Source of the DNA: an uncultured Acidimicrobiaceae bacterium | GTDB taxonomy: Bacteria; Actinomycetota; Acidimicrobiia; Acidimicrobiales; Bog-793 | Reading direction: 5' to 3' | Assembly: GCA_963823945.1 (NCBI GenBank) | Contig: CAWGNK010000008.1 | Span: 30,469 to 94,468 of the forward strand | DNA length: 64,000 nucleotides | In this document: in pieces, positions 18,919 to 27,092 of the stretch | How the letters are laid out: each line of letters starts with the position of its first letter | Position numbering within the stretch: position 1 is the first letter of the stretch | Program-made: the position numbers and the translations under genes | The notes under the pieces: model-generated | What the model was told of the DNA's origin: nothing | The model's input: only the letters and a program-made list of their open reading frames with translations | The model's database searches: none

Positions 18919-19500
18919 GTGCCCAGCCGACTTCGACATGTCTTCGCCCAGCTAGGACCGAAGCCCGGATCACGACGTTCTCTCGCACTTCTACCCGTCG
19001 CCTCGGAACTAACAGGCGATGGGTGGGTGATGATCGACAAGCGCACCTGGCGGACTGGCTGGGTGGGTAATCCATCGGATTGGAGCCGCCGAGCGAAGGA
19101 AGCGGGCACGATCACGGCATGGCGCTCCTTCAAGCAAACCGACACCGCCAGATGGCTTTGGGTAGAGGTGATTCCGGTGGCTTCGGCCGAGGACTCCGCG
19201 TCCGCCTTGCAGCATCTCCTGGCCATGGGCCTTCGGAACCTCGGATTCCAGGGCACGGTCACAGATGAGCACGATCAGGCCGGCGTGGCGGTGCCCGGAT
19301 GCGCGGCCTCGTGGGCCCACGAGCAAAGGACAACTGGGCCACAAGGCGAAGGGGTGGCCCGCTATGTCGCCGGCACCGTTGGAGCCTTCGTCCTCGTATC
19401 GGCGGGTTCCGGGCTTGCAGACACCTGGCCGTGGGAGGAGCTCGTCCGTGTGGTGGAAATTAGCGCTCGGCGCATCTTGGAAACCGAAGCTCAGGGATAG
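18919..19500 (+). CDS. Hypothetical protein (193 aa, no signal peptide)
   Basis: ORF 18919..19500 has balanced amino-acid composition, unlike the neighbouring shadow ORFs. No motif recognised. Confidence 0.5.
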   Translation: MPSRLRHVFAQLGPKPGSRRSLALLPVASELTGDGWVMIDKRTWRTGWVGNPSDWSRRAKEAGTITAWRSFKQTDTARWLWVEVIPVASAEDSASALQHLLAMGLRNLGFQGTVTDEHDQAGVAVPGCAASWAHEQRTTGPQGEGVARYVAGTVGAFVLVSAGSGLADTWPWEELVRVVEISARRILETEAQG

Positions 19501-19553
19501 CCGGGCTACGGGCCTTGCATCTCAACGACAAGTTCTCAATGTCCCCAGTACCT

Positions 19554-19619
19554 GGACGTGGGGCGTTCGCGTCAAAGAACCGATGTCCGCGATCTCGGAC
19601 TGGCGGCTTGAGCCGTGGG
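19554..19619 (+). repeat. Repeat family A, copy 2 (decayed; sORF stop lost)
   Basis: GGACGTGGGGCGTTCGCGTCAAAGAACCGATGTCCGCGATCTCGGACTGGCGGCTTGAGCCGTGGGA. The ATG at 19583 reads MSAISDWRLEPWD and then runs into the antisense of gene 19677..20636. Confidence 0.7.
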
Positions 19620-19676
19620 ACATCTGGCTGGCGTCTCTGGGCAGTCACGCCATGCTGACCCGGAGATCCGAGTTGG

Positions 19677-20636
19677 TCACCTTCGGATATACCCATGCGA
19701 GGCGAGAAACGCTCGCAAATCTCTTATGTATGCGCTCACACTGTCCCGACCTGCCGGGAACGCCAAGTAGCGCGTGTTCAGGTGATTCAGGAAGTGGAAT
19801 GCTACGGAACACCTACCCAGTTCGCATTCGTCTGCGGCCCAGGCTGCGAGTACCCCCCGGTCGTCATACGGCGGAGAATGGCCAACATCGTTGAATAGGG
19901 ACTTCCAAAAGGCGGCATCGAGGGCAATCCAATGCGGCCATTCTCTCGTGACGTTCACCAGACCGCTTTCATCTGAAGCCATCTTCAGCACTCGCAGTGG
20001 AAAGGCGGAGCGGGCGAAATCTGTGAACGTGTACGCGAAGGCGTTGTCTCCGGTGATCAACACCGCGCCCTTCCCAGCTGGGACCAAGACGGCAGCCGGA
20101 TTACCTATGTTCACGGCGCTGTTCGAGATCCCGCCGTCGGCTCCGATGAGATTCAGCAGAGTGCAGCAATGCATCCCGAGTGTGGCCACGGGAACGATCA
20201 CCGTTGGTTCGAAACTCGATCCGAGCCTAGCGATGCACATCGCCGACTCCGGATAGTCATGAAGGATTCCTCTCCATGAATCTCGCGTATAGGCAAGGCC
20301 GAACAGAGTGGCCGGATCCGACGCGAGAAAGTCAAACGTGCGAGTGATCCCGTCGGTGGTCACCGAAACTCTTGGGTTGGCTATCCTGAGATTCGTCATC
20401 GCAGTCCCTGAAAGCACGGCTGAGTATGATTCAAGACGCGCTACCAGACGCACCACATCACCGCGACGCGTTCTGTTGGGTATCGGGCCCGTACACGAGT
20501 AAGACCTTGTTGTGAATGCCGGACCGCTCGTGATCACGACCTTCGAGGCAGGGGTTGCTGGGGAAGCATCGCTCGGGATTGCACCCATTACGGCAACTCC
20601 CAGTAGCAGCGCGGCCAGAGTCAGTGAACGCTTCAT
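19677..20636 (-). CDS. Secreted hypothetical protein (319 aa)
   Basis: ATG at 20636 follows GGGAGG. Signal peptide MKRSLTLAALLLGVAVMGAIPSDA. No motif recognised. Confidence 0.65.
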   Translation of the reverse strand: MKRSLTLAALLLGVAVMGAIPSDASPATPASKVVITSGPAFTTRSYSCTGPIPNRTRRGDVVRLVARLESYSAVLSGTAMTNLRIANPRVSVTTDGITRTFDFLASDPATLFGLAYTRDSWRGILHDYPESAMCIARLGSSFEPTVIVPVATLGMHCCTLLNLIGADGGISNSAVNIGNPAAVLVPAGKGAVLITGDNAFAYTFTDFARSAFPLRVLKMASDESGLVNVTREWPHWIALDAAFWKSLFNDVGHSPPYDDRGVLAAWAADECELGRCSVAFHFLNHLNTRYLAFPAGRDSVSAYIRDLRAFLASHGYIRR

Positions 20637-20738
20637 CTAGCCTCCCGACTGCAACGCCTCATGGCATTGCGCCGAACCAGCCACGATGCGGGGGTGCACC
20701 TGCCGACGGCGCCCAGCCAGCGATTCGGAGCATGCCAG

Positions 20739-21134
20739 TCATTTCTTCAACGCCATCCGGATCCAGGGCCATTCGTAGTGCTTGCTCTCTAGCTTCTTGC
20801 CCCTTGCGAGGGCCACTGCTCCTAGAAGCGAGACGAGCGGTAGTGGCAGGTAGTTCTTCACCCCTCTGAAGTGAGTTTGGAACACAAGTCGGCTTCCTGG
20901 AGTCGCATCGACTCGGAAGACATCGCTACATGATCGGCCGGTGTGGACGATCTTCAGCTGGAGTTCGTGACGACCGGGGACAACTCCGAAGGATTTGGTC
21001 TGAAACGCCCACATCTTGCCCACAGCCACGCCGTCGATGAAGACGGTGTAGGACCTGACGACATCTTGGAGGACGTTGCGTCGCTTGACGACGATGTAAC
21101 CAAGTTCGCCGGACTCGTTGAAAGTCGCTGTCAC
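20739..21134 (-). CDS. Small hypothetical protein with C-terminal TM helix (131 aa)
   Basis: Only the C-terminal 131 codons (GTG at 21134) of track ORF 20739..21962 look protein-like: GYIVVKRRN...VFIDGVAVGKMWAFQTKSFGVVPGRHELQLKI...YLPLPLVSLLGAVALA. The upstream part is Arg/Pro-rich and runs across the tRNA gene. Confidence 0.5.
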   Translation of the reverse strand: MTATFNESGELGYIVVKRRNVLQDVVRSYTVFIDGVAVGKMWAFQTKSFGVVPGRHELQLKIVHTGRSCSDVFRVDATPGSRLVFQTHFRGVKNYLPLPLVSLLGAVALARGKKLESKHYEWPWIRMALKK

Positions 21135-21202
21135 CTTCGAGATTGTGCCAGATGGTCGGTCCGGTGACCGGCTGGGGCTTCCACGGGCCCGCACGTGCTG
21201 AG

Positions 21203-21256
21203 CAAGGGCACACGCGAAGTGTCGGGTGCGCGCCCTGCAACAGAGCACCCGCAAAC
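21203..21256 (-). repeat. Repeat family B, copy 1 (hairpin/pseudoknot-capable element)
   Basis: The reverse complement reads GTTTGCGGGTGCTCTGTTGCAGGGCGCGCACCCGACACTTCGCGTGTGCCCTTG. This matches 40936-40989 (+) at most positions. Confidence 0.6.
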
Positions 21257-21593
21257 CGCACGGGGTTTGCTTCGGCGCATGGCATGTGGCGACCAATAGC
21301 CAGGTCCTGCGGGGCGGGCGGCCGTGTGCTCGCTTTGTCGGGCCGTCGGCGTCTCGCCGAGGGAGCCTGGCGAACGCCGGCGGGCCGGGCGGAGGTGGGG
21401 CTGCGCCCCAGTATTGCGGGCCGTCGCCGCTGACGTGCCGGGCCGACTTCGCCGAGGGTCTTCTCGACGGGGAAGCGGAGGTGACCGTAGATCGACTGGC
21501 CGTTCGAGCCTGATCGTCGGCTACCCCGAGACCGGATTGTGACCACGGGCGCCCTGCAAGAGAGACGCACGCGTCCGACCTGCCAGAACACGG

Positions 21594-21676
21594 TGCCCGG
21601 AGCGGGATTCGAACCCGCACGCCCTTGCGGACAGAGGCTTTTGAGGCCTCCGCGTCTACCATTCCGCCATCCGGGC
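21594..21676 (-). tRNA. tRNA-Leu (anticodon CAA)
   Basis: Folded by hand: acceptor GCCCGGA/TCCGGGC, anticodon stem GAGGC/GCCTC with loop CTCAAAA, long variable arm TGTCCGCAAGGGCGT, T-arm GCGGG-TTCGAAT-CCCGC, discriminator A. CCA is not fully encoded. Confidence 0.9.
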
Positions 21677-21749
21677 CCGACGGTGGAGACCGCCGCCCGA
21701 CCCAGGTTATCGAGCGGAGGATCGTCGTTCCCCGACGCGCGATCCTTAC

Positions 21750-22880
21750 GTGATGCGGATCCTCGCGGTCGAGCTGCGCCGGCTCGAGCTCGAGCTCATG
21801 GCGCCGCTCGTGACGGCGACCGGCACACACCGGCGACGTCCGGTCATTCTCGTGCACCTCGAAACCGAGAGCGGTGGGGGGGATGGCGAGTGCGACGCGC
21901 TCGCCGAACCGAACTACACGACCGAGTACGCCGACGCGGCGGAGGCCGTGCTTGCCGGGCAACTCATCCCGCTGCTCCTCGCTGGCGCCGGCCGGGCCGG
22001 CGAGGTCGGCACGGCGGAGGAGGCGTTCGGCCGGCTTGCCGCCGTGTCCGGCAATCCGATGGCGAAGGCCGCCGTCGAGATGGCGCTCCTCGACGCCGAG
22101 CTGCGTGCCAGCGGCCGTTCGCTTGCCGCGTCGCTCGGCGTTGCGCGGTCCTCGATCCCTGCTGGTGCGACAGTCGGCATCGGCTCAGTCGCGGGCGTCA
22201 TCGACGCCGCCCGCGCCGCCGTCGCGTGCGGCTACCGGCGCCTGAAGCTGAAGATCGCCCCCGGGCACGACGTCGGCCCGCTCGCCGCGCTGCGCCGGGA
22301 GCTGCCGGACATGATCCTGGTCGCCGACGCCAACGGCTCCTATGACCTCGCCGACCCGGACGACCGGGCCGCGCTGCGTGCGATCGACGAGCTCGGCCTG
22401 GCGGCCATCGAGCAGCCGCTCGCGGCGGGCGATTTCGCCGGTTCGGCGCGGCTGGCGGGCGAGCTCGCGACCCCGGTCGTCCTCGACGAGTCGATCGACT
22501 CGCCGGCCGCGGCGGAGGCGGCGCTCGCGGCCCGGGCGTGCGCCGGCGTGTCGGTAAAACCTGCCCGTCTCGGCGGGATCGGCGCCGCGGTGCGCGTCCA
22601 CGACGCCTGCGTCGCAGCCGGCGTGCACCTCTCGATCGGGGGGATGCTCGAGGCGGGTCTCGCCCGCGCCGCGACGATCGCCGTCGGCGCGCTCCGCGGC
22701 TTCGACCTGCCCGGTGATCTCGGGGCGTCGGATCGCTACTTCCGCCCCGACGTGACGGCCCCGCACGTGCTCGTCGACGGGGAGCTCGCCGTGCCGGCGG
22801 GCCTGGGCCTCGGTGTCGAGCTCGACCCTGGTGTCGTGGGGGCCGCGAGCGCGAGGTGCCGCGCCTTCCGGCCGTCGTAG
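21750..22880 (+). CDS. Enolase-superfamily o-succinylbenzoate synthase / N-acylamino-acid racemase-like protein
   Basis: 376 aa. Metal and catalytic blocks KLKIAPG, VADANGSY, AIEQPL, VVLDESI, SVKPARLGG. Confidence 0.8.
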   Translation: MMRILAVELRRLELELMAPLVTATGTHRRRPVILVHLETESGGGDGECDALAEPNYTTEYADAAEAVLAGQLIPLLLAGAGRAGEVGTAEEAFGRLAAVSGNPMAKAAVEMALLDAELRASGRSLAASLGVARSSIPAGATVGIGSVAGVIDAARAAVACGYRRLKLKIAPGHDVGPLAALRRELPDMILVADANGSYDLADPDDRAALRAIDELGLAAIEQPLAAGDFAGSARLAGELATPVVLDESIDSPAAAEAALAARACAGVSVKPARLGGIGAAVRVHDACVAAGVHLSIGGMLEAGLARAATIAVGALRGFDLPGDLGASDRYFRPDVTAPHVLVDGELAVPAGLGLGVELDPGVVGAASARCRAFRPS

Positions 22881-22890
22881 ACTCGCGGCC

Positions 22891-23193
22891 ATGCGGCCGG
22901 GTCTCACCGATCGCCGCCAGCGCACCGAGCGGCGGTTGTTCGACGTCTCGGCGCGCCTCGACCGGGCCCACGCCGAACTCGAGGTGATCGAGGCGCAGCT
23001 GGACGCGCTCGCCGAGCAGGCCGACGAGGCCAAGGTGCGCGCCGTCGTGGCCGAGACGCCGCTCGCCCAGCAGGTGTGGACGGAGGCGCAACGCCACGCC
23101 GACCAGATGGCGCACACGCGGGACGCCGCGCTGCGGGCGATCGCCGAGCTCGAGCGCGCCCAGGATGAGCTGATCGGCGCCCTCCTCGTCTAG
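22891..23193 (+). CDS. Small coiled-coil hypothetical protein (100 aa)
   Basis: ATG at 22891 within ORF 22813..23193. Heptad-like sequence (LDRAHAELEVIEAQLDALAEQADEAKV...). Confidence 0.45.
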   Translation: MRPGLTDRRQRTERRLFDVSARLDRAHAELEVIEAQLDALAEQADEAKVRAVVAETPLAQQVWTEAQRHADQMAHTRDAALRAIAELERAQDELIGALLV

Positions 23194-23290
23194 CGTCCCG
23201 TCCTGAGCGGCGCGATCGATGCGCGGCACCAGGAGGGCGGGCGGGGCCGATGCCGGAATCACCCGACACAACCAGGAACGGGGGCGACAA

Positions 23291-23887
23291 GTGGCCAGGA
23301 CCGTAGTGATCGCCGAGGACGAGGCTGTCGTGCGGCTCGACCTGTGCGAGATCCTCGCGGAGGAGGGCTTCGAGGTCGTCGGTTCGACCGGGCGCGGCGA
23401 CGAGGCGGTCGAGCTCGTCCGCAAGCTCCACCCCGACCTCGTCATCCTGGACATCAAGATGCCGGGGATGGACGGGCTGCAGGCCGCCGCCGAGATCCAT
23501 TCCTCGGTGCGCACCGCCGTCGTCATCCTCACGGCCTTCAGTGAGCGCAACTTCATCGAGCGTGCCCGCGACGCCGGCGCCCAGGCCTACCTCGTGAAGC
23601 CGTTCCAGCGCGAGGAGCTCCTGCCGGCGATCGAGGTCGCCCTCGGCCGCTTCGCCGAGGCCCAGGCGCTCGAGGCGGAGTTCGCCACCCTCGGCGACGA
23701 CGAGATCGGCCAGGCCCAGCGCCGCGAGACCCGTCTCGCCGTCGACCGCGCCAAGGGCCTCCTGATGGACGATCACGCCATGACCGAGCCCGAGGCGTTC
23801 GCTTTCATCGAGAAGGCCGCCCAGGAGCGCGGCCAGACGATCCGCGGCACCGCCCAGGCGGTCGCCGAAGGCTCGCTCGCGCCTTGA
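23291..23887 (+). CDS. Response regulator with ANTAR RNA-binding output domain (PdtaR-like)
   Basis: GTG at 23291 (VARTVVIAEDE). Receiver domain (DLVILDIKMPGMDG, phospho-acceptor Asp). ANTAR block (RLAVDRAKGLLMDDHAMTEPEAFAFIEKAAQERGQTI). Confidence 0.88.
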   Translation: MARTVVIAEDEAVVRLDLCEILAEEGFEVVGSTGRGDEAVELVRKLHPDLVILDIKMPGMDGLQAAAEIHSSVRTAVVILTAFSERNFIERARDAGAQAYLVKPFQREELLPAIEVALGRFAEAQALEAEFATLGDDEIGQAQRRETRLAVDRAKGLLMDDHAMTEPEAFAFIEKAAQERGQTIRGTAQAVAEGSLAP

Positions 23888-25233
23888 GCCAGCCGGGATC
23901 TGTCGATCTCGCGTTCCGAGGGTCGGCGCCGGCGCTGATCCTGGCGGCGCACGGCCCGGGGCGCCACGGCGGGTTCTTCCTGCTCGGCCTCCTCGTCCTC
24001 GCCGCCCTCGTCTTCCTCGTCGTCCGGCTGAGCGCGCGCACCGGTTCCCGGAAGCGGTCGGGCGATGCCGGCGGCTCCTGGGGACACCCTGACACGCGGC
24101 CGGCGTCACCGGGTGGCCCCCCCGGCGGCGAAGAAGCTGGAGTCGGGCTCGCCGGGATTCCCGTGCCTCCCGCCTCGAGCGGGACTGAACCGGCCGGGGC
24201 GACGGAACCCGCCGGCGTGACCCAGACCCCCGCGCCCGGGATGGGTGCGGACGCGGTCGTTCCCACCGCCCAGCCCGAGGTGTGGACGAGGGTTCCCGAT
24301 GACGGCTGGGCGGTCGAGACCCACGGGCTCACGAAGCGCTTCGGCGCAAACGTCGCGGTGAACGAGGTGGAGCTGCGGGTGCCGCGAGGATGCGCCTTCG
24401 GCTACCTGGGGCCGAACGGGGCCGGCAAGACGACACTGATCCGGACCCTTCTCGGACTGACCCGGGCGGACGGCGGCACGATGTCGCTGCTCGGGATCCC
24501 GGTGCCCCAGGAGCGCGCTCGGGCGCTCGCACGCGTCGGTGCGATCGTCGACGAGCCGCGGTTCCACGACCACCTGACGGGACGGGAGAACCTGCGGCTG
24601 CTGGCGGCGGCCCGCGGCGCCGGTGCCGAGGGGCGGATCGACCCGGGCTTCGAGCGGGTGGGGCTCACCGAGCGGGCCGACGACAAGGTGGCCTCGTACT
24701 CCATGGGCATGCGTCAGCGCCTGGGGGTGGCGGCGTGCCTGCTCGGTGACCCGGAGCTGCTCATCCTGGACGAGCCGATGAACGGGCTCGACCCCGCCGG
24801 GATGCAGGGCATGCGGACGATGATCAAGAGCCTCGTCAGCGAGGGACGGACGGTGGTGCTGTCGTCGCACCTCCTCGACGAGGTCGAGCGCACCTGTGAC
24901 GCCGTGGCGATCGTCGACCGCGGCCGCGTGATCCGCCAGGGCCCGATCGCCGAGCTGCTGCACAGCACGACCAACCCAGTCCTGCAGATCGACTGCAGCG
25001 ACGCCGAGTCGGCGGCCCGCGTGATCGCCGCCGCGAATCTCGCCACCGGCACCACGATTGGCCAAACTGGGCTCACCGTCACGCTGCGGGAGGGCGGGAA
25101 CCGCGAGACCGTCGCGGAGATCAACCGGCTGCTCGTCGAGGCGGGGGTCCTCGTCTATCGCCTGCAGGAGGTGCGCACGTCGCTTGAGGACTGGTTCTTG
25201 TCGGTGACGAGCCGGTTCGGGGAGCAGGCATGA
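23884..25233 (+). CDS. ABC transporter ATP-binding protein with N-terminal TM helix plus Pro/Gly-rich linker
   Basis: Walker A GPNGAGKTT, signature YSMGMRQRL, Walker B LLILDEP. No stop occurs between 23884 and the ATPase core, and codon third positions in 23884-24240 are G/C-rich in this frame. The alternative internal start is ATG 24241. Confidence 0.8.
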   Translation: MSQPGSVDLAFRGSAPALILAAHGPGRHGGFFLLGLLVLAALVFLVVRLSARTGSRKRSGDAGGSWGHPDTRPASPGGPPGGEEAGVGLAGIPVPPASSGTEPAGATEPAGVTQTPAPGMGADAVVPTAQPEVWTRVPDDGWAVETHGLTKRFGANVAVNEVELRVPRGCAFGYLGPNGAGKTTLIRTLLGLTRADGGTMSLLGIPVPQERARALARVGAIVDEPRFHDHLTGRENLRLLAAARGAGAEGRIDPGFERVGLTERADDKVASYSMGMRQRLGVAACLLGDPELLILDEPMNGLDPAGMQGMRTMIKSLVSEGRTVVLSSHLLDEVERTCDAVAIVDRGRVIRQGPIAELLHSTTNPVLQIDCSDAESAARVIAAANLATGTTIGQTGLTVTLREGGNRETVAEINRLLVEAGVLVYRLQEVRTSLEDWFLSVTSRFGEQA

Positions 25234-26369
25234 CCGGCCCCGGCGCCGTCCCGACCGTCCCGAACCCGGCCCCGGCACCGGCGGGTCGGCTCGCCCGTAC
25301 TCGTCGCGGATCCGGCGGTGGTTCGGTTGTGGGGCCGGGTTCGTGGATCCCGTCCTGGGACCTCATCACGACCAAGCAGCTCGAGCTGCGCAAACGCCGC
25401 GGCCTCATGGTCGCCGTATTCCTGCTCACGCTGGGCCTTCCCGTCCTCGTCCTCGGCCTGCGGCTGGCCTTCCACGTCTTCGACCCGAGGAGCTACGGTC
25501 CGGCGGGGAGCCCGAGCGTCTTCTCCGCCCTGTGCAATCCGATGGCGGATTTCGGTTTCATCATCGCCGCGACGCTCGGCGCTTCGGCGGGCACGACCGA
25601 CCTGGCGGCCGGCGTCTTCCGCCACCTCGTGATCACCGGCCGGTCGCGGATCTCGCTCTACCTCGCGCGGATCCCTGCCGGCCTTTCGATCGTGCTGCCG
25701 CTCGTCGCCGTGGCGTTCGCGATGGTGTGCCTGGTGACCGCCTACGAGGGCACCCCCCAGGCCACCTCGGTCAGCTACAACGGCCTCACCGTCCCGCTTG
25801 GGCTCAAGCAGCACGGGCTGGAGCTTCAGCTCCTGAAGCACCCCAAGGAGGTCGACATGGCCCTCGGCTCAGGGCCAGCCTCCGCCCAGGCCGGCATGAA
25901 GTTCATCGACCGGAATATGCCCACGATCTACCGCGACTACGTGGCCGACGTGCCCACGGTGCTCAACCCGGCGATGAACGAGATGGTCAAGATCGGACTG
26001 TGGATCGAGCTCGAGGTGACAATCGGGTTCATGGTCGGCCTCGGTCTCGGGTCGCTGACCGGCCAGCGGACGGTCGCCACGATCCTGATGATCGTGCTCG
26101 AGATCATCGTCACGCCGATCCTCGCGAGGGTCGCGATCCCTTATTTCCTCAACGGCCAACGGCTCATCGTCGGCGTGGCGATGGACCAACTCCGACCTGC
26201 CGGACTGGCAGGCAGCCTGGGAAGCGGTGGCGGCAGGGTGCTCTTCGGGGGACGGGGAGTCCTTATGATCCCGCCGATGCCGACGTGGGCGATGGTCTCC
26301 GTGATCGTCGGCTGGATCGTCGGTTGGTCGATCCTCGGCGCCTGGCGGATGGCCACGCGCGACGCCTGA
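25230..26369 (+). CDS. ABC-2 type transporter permease
   Basis: ATGA overlap with the ATPase gene. Multiple TM helices (LMVAVFLLTLGLPVLVLGL, IVLPLVAVAFAMVCLV, MVSVIVGWIVGWSILGAW). Confidence 0.75.
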   Translation: MTGPGAVPTVPNPAPAPAGRLARTRRGSGGGSVVGPGSWIPSWDLITTKQLELRKRRGLMVAVFLLTLGLPVLVLGLRLAFHVFDPRSYGPAGSPSVFSALCNPMADFGFIIAATLGASAGTTDLAAGVFRHLVITGRSRISLYLARIPAGLSIVLPLVAVAFAMVCLVTAYEGTPQATSVSYNGLTVPLGLKQHGLELQLLKHPKEVDMALGSGPASAQAGMKFIDRNMPTIYRDYVADVPTVLNPAMNEMVKIGLWIELEVTIGFMVGLGLGSLTGQRTVATILMIVLEIIVTPILARVAIPYFLNGQRLIVGVAMDQLRPAGLAGSLGSGGGRVLFGGRGVLMIPPMPTWAMVSVIVGWIVGWSILGAWRMATRDA

Positions 26370-26491
26370 GCCGGTGCCCGTCGCAGCGGGCGGGCGCCCG
26401 AGCAAGGTCCGCCGTCCGTGCCCCGCAGCCTGGCAGCTCGTCGTCTAGCGGGGCGCTCGCCGACCGCACGTCCCGTGCGGATGGGGTCTCC

Positions 26492-27073
26492 TCAGGAGGG
26501 GACGCCGAGAACCTGCCGGAGGTCGTTGCGGGCCCGTTCGATCTGCTTGCGCACGGTCGACTCGGCGATCCCGAGCGACCTGGCGGCCTCCTTCGTGGGC
26601 ATGCCGACGGCAAGACAGAGCACCGCGCAGCGCCGCTGCGCGGCGGGCATCGCCTGGAGGGCGCGCTCGATCCCGACAGCCAGGGTTGCCTCGTCCGCCA
26701 CGTCCGGCGAGGCCGGGTCGTCATCGAGGGCGAGGTCCGGCCGGCGCTGCCGCCGGACGAGCCGGAAGGCGACCCGGTAGGCGTAGCCCGCGGGGTTCGC
26801 GCCGCGTCGTACCCGTCGCCAGTGCCCGAAGGTCCTCGCGAACGCCTCCTGGGCGACATCCTCGGCGTTCTCCCGGCTCGTTCCGCCCAGCTCGAGCGCG
26901 CGAACGAGGCGCGGATAGTGCGCCTCGTAGACGGCGATGAAGCTGTCGTCGACGCCCCCGGCAACGGGCTTGTCGGCCCGCTGCTCGGGGGCGTTGTCCG
27001 GCACGCCGGAGAGCTGGCTCTCGGCGGGAGGGGCGGTGTCCACGGCTAACAGATGAGCACGATTCGCGCTCAT
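26492..27073 (-). CDS. ECF-type RNA polymerase sigma factor
   Basis: 193 aa. Region 2-like AEDVAQEAFARTFGHWRRV...YAYRVAFRLV and region 4 HTH LCLAVGMPTKEAARSLGIAESTVRKQIERAR. Confidence 0.88.
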   Translation of the reverse strand: MSANRAHLLAVDTAPPAESQLSGVPDNAPEQRADKPVAGGVDDSFIAVYEAHYPRLVRALELGGTSRENAEDVAQEAFARTFGHWRRVRRGANPAGYAYRVAFRLVRRQRRPDLALDDDPASPDVADEATLAVGIERALQAMPAAQRRCAVLCLAVGMPTKEAARSLGIAESTVRKQIERARNDLRQVLGVPS

Positions 27074-27092
27074 CTGCTAGCCGCGGAGGGGT

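Noticed and set aside
19265-19894. 209-aa plus-strand ORF that contains family A copy 2
   Set aside because: It arises because copy 2 lost the sORF stop. Its downstream part is antisense to the signal-peptide gene 19677..20636 and has implausible composition.
21135-21962. Upstream 276 codons of the 407-aa ORF 20739..21962
   Set aside because: This part runs across the tRNA-Leu(CAA) gene and into the antisense of the OSBS gene start. It is Arg/Pro-rich. Only the last 131 codons look protein-like.
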